64,000 nt of DNA from a virus (taxonomy: Duplodnaviria > Caudoviricetes), in IMG/VR virus record IMGVR_UViG_3300014204_000140, positions 31,074 to 95,073 of that record; one strand, written 5' to 3'. Of the stretch, positions 56,961 through 64,000 are shown one piece after another (position 1 is the stretch's first letter; every line of letters starts with the position of its first letter). The translations under genes were made by a program, and so were the position numbers. Under the pieces are notes generated by a model, which did not search any database, was not told the origin of the DNA, and saw only the letters and a program-made list of their open reading frames with translations.

Positions 56961-58829
56961 TTAAAATAATGTTAATTGTTTATTTTCAATAGTATCAATA
57001 ATTTTATTACATTCATTAATATAATACTGATAGTTTATATTATAGTCTTTCATTGATTTCTGTATATATTTATTAAAGATAGTTACTAACCATCCTTTTT
57101 CTATATTAGATTCTCTTTTATCATTATGGACTTTCATTAAAGTTGATCCTAGATTAGATATATAATATCTTATATTTTTTTGTTGTTTGTCAATTTGTGG
57201 TTGTAAGTTTGAGTCTGTATATCTAGTTTCACTTCTCCATCCTTCTGTAGATCTAAATCTCTTACAGAAATCATATATGTTAGTATGATTAATTATTGTA
57301 TTTCTAATTGGAATTTTATTTAAGAAATATTCTGATAATGCTATTGGTACTATTTTCATAGACATATCTTTCCAATAAGCTATTTTTCCATTAGCCATTG
57401 GAATTATTTCAAAAGCACCTTTATATTTAGATTTTCCTTTAATATCTTTAGCAAGATAGTTATTGACATCACGAATTACCATTAGTTCATAATAATTATT
57501 TTCTAATTTTAATCCTGTTAACCCTTGCCACCAATCCATAATGCCTTTAACTTTTTCAGTGTATTTCTTATTATATTTTAAAGTTACTCCATCAGTATTC
57601 ACTTGTAATATTGTACAGTCTATATAATTTACTATTTCTTCAATTAATATAGATAATAATAATTGTCCATTTACTGTAATTTGCATTGTAAATTTTGGGT
57701 CATAAAAGAATGAATATATATCATTAGATTTACCAAATGTTCCGTTTAGTGCTAATTTTAATCCTCCATTTTTAGCTGATCCTTTTATAGCTGTTTTTCT
57801 TTCTTGATATATTTTATTATATATAGTAGTGAATGCTTCTCCTAAATGTTGAGGTCTAAATTTATTAATTATAGCTATATTTGGATAATAACTCTGGACA
57901 TCAATATCGTGAATTATTTCATCATTATTAGGTATATATTTACCTGGTTTTATTGAACCATGTAGTCCACCTAATCCAAAATCATATTTAAATCCTTTAT
58001 AAATAACTGATTCTTCTAGAGAATTTTTAGTTTCAGTTATATTCTTATTTTTGTACTTTTGTAATAATTCATTAAATTCAGTACTTTGAAATTTAATAAA
58101 TGGTAGTATACAGTCTTTAAGATTAATAGATGATCTATAAGTTCTCATTCTTTTAAGTTCACTTATAGAAATATTCATTTCTTCGCTAAGTAATTTAGCA
58201 AAGATTTCGCTTCCAATTTTAGGTTCATTGGCATTAAGTAAATCTATTCCATATTCTTTGCTTAATTGTTTACGCATTTCTATTTCATCTATATTTAATT
58301 TATAGAATTCATAGGTTGCAATAACATCATTTAAATTATATTCTAATATTCTTTGAACTTCATCATCTATAACTTTATGATTAAATTCAAATGGTAAATC
58401 AACTACATTTTCTAAGTTAATTGCTATTTCTACTGCTTTTAATGATGTTCTTTTAGATTTATTATCAAAATGATTTATTCGATATAGATCTAATTGTGGA
58501 ATTAATACTTTCCAATATGGTACTTCACTAAATTCTGTATCTAATACTATTCTAGTTTGATGATATATAAATTCTGTTAGATTATTAGAATCTCTTTTTA
58601 GTTTATCTTTATTTTCCAAAATAGAATGAATAATAGGATAATCAAATTTTAAATTATTAAATCCTACTAATCCACTAACTTCTTCTTCAAGAAACTTAAT
58701 ATATTCATTAAAATCATTTCTTGATTCATGTATGACAAATTGTTTAATATCTTTGGAATTTCTGTTCAAGAATGTTGCACAATGAAAATTAGAAAATATT
58801 TCTAAATCATAAATATACACATTCTTCAT
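56961..58829 (-). CDS. polB: DNA polymerase family B with 3'-5' exonuclease
   Basis: YDLE, GFNNLKFD and YNLNDV exonuclease motifs; DIDVQSYYPN, KLALNGTFG and QVNTDG polymerase motifs. Confidence 0.92.
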   Translation of the reverse strand: MKNVYIYDLEIFSNFHCATFLNRNSKDIKQFVIHESRNDFNEYIKFLEEEVSGLVGFNNLKFDYPIIHSILENKDKLKRDSNNLTEFIYHQTRIVLDTEFSEVPYWKVLIPQLDLYRINHFDNKSKRTSLKAVEIAINLENVVDLPFEFNHKVIDDEVQRILEYNLNDVIATYEFYKLNIDEIEMRKQLSKEYGIDLLNANEPKIGSEIFAKLLSEEMNISISELKRMRTYRSSINLKDCILPFIKFQSTEFNELLQKYKNKNITETKNSLEESVIYKGFKYDFGLGGLHGSIKPGKYIPNNDEIIHDIDVQSYYPNIAIINKFRPQHLGEAFTTIYNKIYQERKTAIKGSAKNGGLKLALNGTFGKSNDIYSFFYDPKFTMQITVNGQLLLSILIEEIVNYIDCTILQVNTDGVTLKYNKKYTEKVKGIMDWWQGLTGLKLENNYYELMVIRDVNNYLAKDIKGKSKYKGAFEIIPMANGKIAYWKDMSMKIVPIALSEYFLNKIPIRNTIINHTNIYDFCKRFRSTEGWRSETRYTDSNLQPQIDKQQKNIRYYISNLGSTLMKVHNDKRESNIEKGWLVTIFNKYIQKSMKDYNINYQYYINECNKIIDTIENKQLTLF

Positions 58830-58844
58830 AAGTTTAGATAAAAT

Positions 58845-58875
58845 GAGGGATGATCTTTTTTAAGATCTATCCCTC
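58845..58875 (-). terminator. Stem-loop just upstream of polB (terminator or attenuator)
   Basis: GAGGGAT-A-GATCTT-AAAA-AAGATC-ATCCCTC followed by ATTTT on the minus strand. Confidence 0.5.
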
Positions 58876-58905
58876 TTAGTTTTATTATAATATAAGTATT
58901 ATAAT

Positions 58906-60777
58906 TTAAACAAGAACTTTTTCTTGTTTCTTGTTAATTGTAATACGTTTATTTTGTTTTTTCAGTTTCAATTCTTCGTTTAATTTTTCTCTTTCTTTTT
59001 CTAACTTTTTAGCTAAATATTTCTTAGAATAACTCTTCATTGGACATTTCCATTTTTTAGGAGTTTTCCAAGGAGGGTGTAATTCTGGATATTTTCTTAT
59101 ATAAGTTACTATTTCCTCTAATTTCTTATCTCCAGACTTAGTCTTAGTGATTAGAATCAATTTCTTGGCCTCTAGGAAGCCCAAGGTTGAATTATTACCC
59201 TTTACCTGGTCTATTGTATCATTTTCAATAGATCGTTCAACTACGGCCTTATAATAAGGTCTTATTTGATTTAATTTAACATCATATAATGGAACAAACT
59301 CATTCCAGGCTTTATCTATTGCTCCATGTTTAGTTGTAGCTTTAATTTTAAAAGTACATTCATTTACTGGACCAATTGAATTAAAATCATGTTTGGTTAA
59401 AGTTACATTCCATAATACTTCTTTTAAAGTGTTATTTCTATTAGGATGAGATCTTTTAGATTTGTGATGATTTGAATGATCTATTCTCTTAGTTGAACTT
59501 TTAGGTCTTGGAAATTTTGTTCTTTCTTTATAAATATTTTTGTAACTTCCTACACATTCTTCTATATATTCATCAGTTTCGGGTTCTATCCAAGGTTCAG
59601 TGGCTGGTATAAAAGATTGTCCAGGAGTTGGTTTTAAAAGATGTCTACCTTCTTTTTTTGATATGTATTCCCATTGGGGTTCATCTGCTAATTGAGTTAT
59701 TACTTTTTCATTAGCATCCTTCCATGGTAATCTCATATATTGTTGTCTATCTTTAGTGGCGATGTAGACTAATCTATTTGGTGATTTTTCTGGTTGATAA
59801 TTATATAAATTATGATTAATTTCATCTATAGTATGTAATGGTTTATATCCCTTGTTAATACCTAACCATCTATTAGGGTATTTATTGATAATATCTATAA
59901 AAGTTATTCTTTTTGGAATTATTGGACTTAATGATAATTTTATTAAATTAGATAACATTTTTAAGTTAGGTCTAATTAAATTAAAATCTAATTTATATTT
60001 AGATTTTTCAGTTTTACTTTCATATTTTGACATATATTTTTGATAATAATAGTTAACTATTTGTTGAATACTTATATTACTTATTATAAGATACTTTGAG
60101 TCTTGTGCATACGAAAAATATCTTTCTAAATCTGATATAGTATCCCATAATGCTATATATTTATTATTTTCCCATTCTTGATTATGTAATAATATATCTA
60201 TTTGTTTATCTAAAAATATTAGTAGTTCAGAATAAGAAAATGGATTATTTATAAACTTTTGTAATTTCTTTATTAAATCCTCTTTCATCTTATATTTATT
60301 TACTACAGTTATATATTCAATAATATCATTTGATCCTATATATGGTTTTAAAAATTGTTCTTGATATTTTTGAGATCTTATACAGTTTATTTCAAATAGA
60401 TATCTTGTATATTTCCATATAAATGTATCATACCTTTTTTTACCATTATAGTATAAATCGGAATTAAATATCTCATTTTTAGGATCTACTTTCACATATA
60501 CTAAAGAATCATCTTTTGGTACTCTAATATATCCAGCTTCTAAATAAGATTTTAAATTATATTTAGTAATATATTCTCCTTTTCCATCTCCAAATTTACA
60601 TTTATACCAAGTAGGAGTTTCTATATATTCAATTGGTGCTAATTTATAATTAGTAATAGTAAATCCTAAAAATTCATATTCGAATCCATCCACAAATTCT
60701 GTTTCATCTGGAATTCTATAGTTATAGCACCAATTACTATATCCTTTAAATTTACACCATATTGCTATTGGATTCAT
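58906..60777 (-). CDS. Hypothetical protein (basic C-terminus)
   Basis: 623-aa ORF; no recognised motif. Confidence 0.7.
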   Translation of the reverse strand: MNPIAIWCKFKGYSNWCYNYRIPDETEFVDGFEYEFLGFTITNYKLAPIEYIETPTWYKCKFGDGKGEYITKYNLKSYLEAGYIRVPKDDSLVYVKVDPKNEIFNSDLYYNGKKRYDTFIWKYTRYLFEINCIRSQKYQEQFLKPYIGSNDIIEYITVVNKYKMKEDLIKKLQKFINNPFSYSELLIFLDKQIDILLHNQEWENNKYIALWDTISDLERYFSYAQDSKYLIISNISIQQIVNYYYQKYMSKYESKTEKSKYKLDFNLIRPNLKMLSNLIKLSLSPIIPKRITFIDIINKYPNRWLGINKGYKPLHTIDEINHNLYNYQPEKSPNRLVYIATKDRQQYMRLPWKDANEKVITQLADEPQWEYISKKEGRHLLKPTPGQSFIPATEPWIEPETDEYIEECVGSYKNIYKERTKFPRPKSSTKRIDHSNHHKSKRSHPNRNNTLKEVLWNVTLTKHDFNSIGPVNECTFKIKATTKHGAIDKAWNEFVPLYDVKLNQIRPYYKAVVERSIENDTIDQVKGNNSTLGFLEAKKLILITKTKSGDKKLEEIVTYIRKYPELHPPWKTPKKWKCPMKSYSKKYLAKKLEKEREKLNEELKLKKQNKRITINKKQEKVLV

Positions 60778-60988
60778 TTTTTTTCTTTTTATATCTCAAT
60801 CTAGCACGTTGTTTATAGTTTAATCCAGAAGGATCTATAACTTTATTATGAGTTAATCTTTCTGCTATAATATCATCTTTTTTATCTTGTTTACTTTTTT
60901 GCTTTTTAGATTTATAATTAGTCCAAATATCTGAAGAAAAAAATTCTTTATTTATTTTTTCTTGATTTTTTCTAATATTCTTATTCAT
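60752..60988 (-). CDS. Small basic hypothetical protein
   Basis: Lys-rich ORF overlapping its neighbours. Confidence 0.55.
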   Translation of the reverse strand: MNKNIRKNQEKINKEFFSSDIWTNYKSKKQKSKQDKKDDIIAERLTHNKVIDPSGLNYKQRARLRYKKKKNESNSNMV

Positions 60989-61268
60989 AACTAGTTTTGT
61001 ATTTATTCGTTAATTTTTGATGTCTTGACTTTCTATTAGTCATTTTTATATAATTCTTAGTTATAGGATTAGGTTGAGATCTTTGTACTCTAAGATCTTT
61101 ACCTAATAAAATTCCAGTCTTTATTAGAAATAATCTTCTAATAGTAGAAGTTTCTGTATTTCCACTACATATATCTATATGATAAATATGAGGTTTTATA
61201 ACTAATTTTGGACATCTTTTTGGTTCCTTTGCTTTCTTTTTACAAGATACTTTTTGATATTTTTTCAT
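60981..61268 (-). CDS. Small basic hypothetical protein
   Basis: ORF in the operon. Confidence 0.45.
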   Translation of the reverse strand: MKKYQKVSCKKKAKEPKRCPKLVIKPHIYHIDICSGNTETSTIRRLFLIKTGILLGKDLRVQRSQPNPITKNYIKMTNRKSRHQKLTNKYKTSYE

Positions 61269-61271
61269 ATT

Positions 61272-61478
61272 TTATGTAATTATTTCCCATTCAAGACATT
61301 CTTTTAAGTCTTCTATAAATATTGGAGTTATTCTTCCTTCACTATCTCCGTCTATATGCAGCCATACTCCTTTTTGCCATTGAGATCTCCAGGTTCCTAT
61401 TATTCCATCTGGAGTTCTTACCTTTATCTCTTTTAAGTTAGTGTTAGGTGATAAATCTTTTATTTTCATATTTGCCAA
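61272..61478 (-). CDS. Hypothetical protein
   Basis: Trp-rich small ORF (VRTPDG.IG.W.SQWQKGVW). Confidence 0.6.
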   Translation of the reverse strand: MANMKIKDLSPNTNLKEIKVRTPDGIIGTWRSQWQKGVWLHIDGDSEGRITPIFIEDLKECLEWEIIT

Positions 61479-62146
61479 TTTATTTCAGTTAATCCTTGTA
61501 AGGCTAATATTCTATTAGTTTGACTAAAGTGTTTACATCCAAAGAATCCATGTGTAGCTGAATATGGACTTGGATGAGATGCTTTTAGAATATAATGTTT
61601 TCTTTTATTTATTAATTTTTCTTTTTCTTGAGCATCTTTACCCCATAATAAGAATACTAATCCATATCTCCATTGAGATAGTTGACTAATAGTATAATTA
61701 GTTAAAGTTTGCCATCCTATTTTAGAATGAGATTTAGATTGTCCTTTTCTAACTGTTAGGATAGAATTCAATAGTAATACTCCTTGATTACTCCATGATT
61801 GTAAACATCCATGTTCTGGAATATCTATTCCAATATCAGAATCTAATTCTTGGAATATATTATGAAGTGATGGTGGTATTTCAATGTTTTCTGGTACACT
61901 AAAAGCTAATCCATGAGCTTGTCCTTCATTAATGTAACAGTCTTGTCCAACTATAACTATTTTAACTTTTTCAAATGAAGTACTATTATAAGCATTAAAG
62001 ATATCTGATATTTTAGGATAAATAGTATGAGTTTTAAGTTCTTCTTTTAACTTAATCATAGTTTGTTTAAAATACTCTGAATTAAAGTATAGTTTTAATA
62101 TATCATACCAAATATATTCTATTTGTAAAATATCAACTTGTTTCAT
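61466..62146 (-). CDS. ung: Uracil-DNA glycosylase (family 1)
   Basis: VKIVIVGQDCY, QAHGLAFSV, PPSL.NI, QGVLLLN, VFLLWG, SHPSP, FFGCKHFS. Confidence 0.95.
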   Translation of the reverse strand: MKQVDILQIEYIWYDILKLYFNSEYFKQTMIKLKEELKTHTIYPKISDIFNAYNSTSFEKVKIVIVGQDCYINEGQAHGLAFSVPENIEIPPSLHNIFQELDSDIGIDIPEHGCLQSWSNQGVLLLNSILTVRKGQSKSHSKIGWQTLTNYTISQLSQWRYGLVFLLWGKDAQEKEKLINKRKHYILKASHPSPYSATHGFFGCKHFSQTNRILALQGLTEINWQI

Positions 62147-62321
62147 ATAGTAATTCTTTTAACCTTTTCCAATAATAGTCTGAATTTAAATAATTTTTAG
62201 ATAAATTTAATTCATCTATTCTAAGTTTATCTTCTACTATTCTACAATGCATTCCAGATGCTAATGCACAATTGTTCGTATTATTATATGTACATTGTTC
62301 ACATTCATTAAATTTACTCAT
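62133..62321 (-). CDS. Small Cys-rich protein
   Basis: CEQC...C...C pattern. Confidence 0.5.
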   Translation of the reverse strand: MSKFNECEQCTYNNTNNCALASGMHCRIVEDKLRIDELNLSKNYLNSDYYWKRLKELLYETS

Positions 62322-62323
62322 TT

Positions 62324-62758
62324 TTATTTAATATTAAATTGTGATATTAATCTTAATAAATTGTTATAAGATCTGATATACGGATCTCTTAAAAATGGTG
62401 AAATTATATGAGAATTACTCTTTTTAGGTTTAGGATTATAACTTTCTATAATTTTCTTTTGAATAATTTTTACATTCCGTGATACTAATCCAATATTATC
62501 ATAATTTAGTAGATCTTGTACTTCTTTATAAAGTAATCCTTTTTCAGTAACTAGAAAATATGATATAAATTGTCTAGTCATTACGTGGAGTGTTTCTTTT
62601 GACATTTTATTAGAAGGATTATTATTTAATTCTTCTAATGATTCAAATCCAAAATATAAACATATTATATTACATATATCAATTTTAGATAGTTTATGTT
62701 TTTCTATTACTTTAGATTGTTTGGTTTCTGTATCTATTTCTATTAGTAATAAACTCAT
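62324..62758 (-). CDS. Putative HTH DNA-binding protein (DnaA domain IV-like)
   Basis: ICNIICLYFG...TRQFISYFL.....LLYKEVQDLL....GLVSRNVKII resembles the DnaA_C HTH spacing. Confidence 0.45.
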   Translation of the reverse strand: MSLLLIEIDTETKQSKVIEKHKLSKIDICNIICLYFGFESLEELNNNPSNKMSKETLHVMTRQFISYFLVTEKGLLYKEVQDLLNYDNIGLVSRNVKIIQKKIIESYNPKPKKSNSHIISPFLRDPYIRSYNNLLRLISQFNIK

Positions 62759-62776
62759 AATTATTTAATTTTAATT

Positions 62777-62804
62777 AAAAAGCCCCTTTTGGTTATAGGG
62801 GCTT
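62777..62804 (-). terminator. Rho-independent terminator
   Basis: AAGCCCCT-ATAACCAAA-AGGGGCTT followed by TTT on the minus strand. Confidence 0.75.
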
Positions 62805-62811
62805 AATTTTG

Positions 62812-63339
62812 TTAATTTTCTACTGATTTTATAAACTCGTTCATTTCTGGAGTTATTTCAATAGAGATATTTACTTCTTTGTTGAATTTTGCTATTTTAT
62901 CTTTAATTTCTTGAATATCCTTTTCAATTCTTTCTGTTCGTTTTAAGATATCCTTAAGTTTAATAAAAGATAATACTTTTACTTTTTCTTCTGATTCTTC
63001 TTTTTTCTTTGTATCAGCTTTCTTAATTTTTAGAAGATGAAACTTCTCTTGTTCAAGTTGAGATAATTTCTTGATATACCAAGCATTTTCATGACTATCA
63101 CCTTTTAATTTCTTAAGATTAGCTGTTTGAATAGCAATATAAAGTCTTAATATTAAATCAGATTTTAATTCTTTTTTGTTTTCAATTTCTTCAATATCAA
63201 TCTCTCGTTCTTCGTTTGATCTTATTGTATTTTGTTCTTCAATTAGAATATTATCTTTATCTATACTAATTGATCCAGCTTTCTCATCTAAATTCTTTTT
63301 AAGTAATGCTGCTTTAGTTAAATTAAGTATTTTTTTCAT
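62812..63339 (-). CDS. Coiled-coil hypothetical protein
   Basis: K/E-rich helical 175 aa, ending IAKFN. Confidence 0.65.
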   Translation of the reverse strand: MKKILNLTKAALLKKNLDEKAGSISIDKDNILIEEQNTIRSNEEREIDIEEIENKKELKSDLILRLYIAIQTANLKKLKGDSHENAWYIKKLSQLEQEKFHLLKIKKADTKKKEESEEKVKVLSFIKLKDILKRTERIEKDIQEIKDKIAKFNKEVNISIEITPEMNEFIKSVEN

Positions 63340-63491
63340 TCTTTGATTAATTTGTTAAACTAATCTGGCCTATATATTGATCTACATAAAATGATAATCC
63401 TCAGACTTAGAATATCTCTAGATTGCAAATGAGAAATTATTTTTACTCTAATTGTCTATTATCTAGGATCTAATCTGAGGATTATATATTT

Positions 63492-63983
63492 TTAAATTAA
63501 ACTTATAAATTTTCTTATATCTTTAACAGTTATTACAGAATCTTTATTTATATCTAATCCAGGATTCTGATTAAATATTTTACCATTCTTATGACCTATT
63601 ACATAATTATCAGATTTTCCGATTGCAGCTGGTCTAAAAATAGCTAAGTATAAATCTGAAGAACTTTTAATACTGTATATTTTTTTAATTTCTTCTAGAT
63701 ATTTTTCAACATAGACTAACTGTTGAAGTACATTCATCTTTTTTAATTCTGATGTATCTGTACCTAAAAAATTAGCTGTTGTAGGTAGAAATCCAATTAA
63801 TCCTGTTGCTCCAGATCCTTTATATACTAATTTTTTATTCTTGTATTTGTCTCTGTTAACAGCTGAAGGATTTCCTCCACTTTCTATACTAAAGATTTTA
63901 TATAACCATTTTGTTTTTATTTCTTGTCTCTCACAGATTTCTCTGATTTTTGTTTGTTCTTCTTTGGTAAATTTATTAATCAT
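63492..63983 (-). CDS. Lytic transglycosylase (SLT-like)
   Basis: IESGGNPSAVN, GATGLIGF.P.TA, QQL.YV.KY, DLYLAIF.P, NPGLDINKD. Confidence 0.85.
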   Translation of the reverse strand: MINKFTKEEQTKIREICERQEIKTKWLYKIFSIESGGNPSAVNRDKYKNKKLVYKGSGATGLIGFLPTTANFLGTDTSELKKMNVLQQLVYVEKYLEEIKKIYSIKSSSDLYLAIFRPAAIGKSDNYVIGHKNGKIFNQNPGLDINKDSVITVKDIRKFISLI

Positions 63984-64000
63984 TTTAAGTGATTTTAGAG

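Larger units (their letters stand above)
1..64000. mobile_element. crAss-like (Crassvirales) phage genome segment
   Basis: Gene order ring protein / IHF-like / tail tube / muzzle / cargo / giant DFDxD RNA polymerase, converging on a PolB-DnaB-DnaG-Sak4 module, is the characteristic crAss-like layout. AT-rich, A-rich leaders without Shine-Dalgarno sequences, no host housekeeping genes. Confidence 0.9.

Noticed and set aside
3355-60043. Short antisense or out-of-frame ORFs in the track (for example 3355, 3858, 5403, 7832, 10143, 12927, 13255, 13927, 26939, 27384, 27888, 29101, 29129, 29781, 36320, 47631, 51144, 59852)
   Set aside because: They are nested in longer, well-supported genes and have no motifs, as expected for shadow ORFs.
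1-64000. CRISPR array, integrase/att sites, rRNA
   Set aside because: No regularly spaced direct repeats, recombinase or rRNA-like sequence was seen.

Overview
The whole 64 kb window is a fragment of an AT-rich crAss-like (Crassvirales-type) bacteriophage genome, probably infecting Bacteroidota, and it reads in the standard genetic code. The + strand (1-42864) is the late/virion module. It contains a glycosyltransferase plus methyltransferase pair, tail fibre proteins, a GH108 endolysin, holin/spanin-like genes, ring, IHF-like, tail-tube and muzzle proteins, cargo proteins, and a giant virion RNA polymerase locus (DFDVD active site). That locus is split by a -1 frame break and carries zincin, macro-like and SLOG-like domains. 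An AdoMet-decarboxylase plus ATP-grasp ligase pair is wedged inside the cargo operon. The - strand (42950-64000) is the replication/early-middle module: AAA ATPase, PD-(D/E)XK exonuclease, endonuclease, primase, SSB-like protein, Sak4-like ATPase, DnaB, HAD phosphatase, PolB, UDG and an SLT. The two arms meet at a bidirectional terminator. Three group I introns with homing endonucleases were resolved by hand to exact splice junctions, and all three interrupt P-loop NTPase genes. Several intergenic regions fold into long structures, including an aberrant 107-nt tRNA-like element and an approximately 240-nt multi-branch RNA with mutually exclusive hairpins. All family calls come from motif recognition by eye; no database searches were run.
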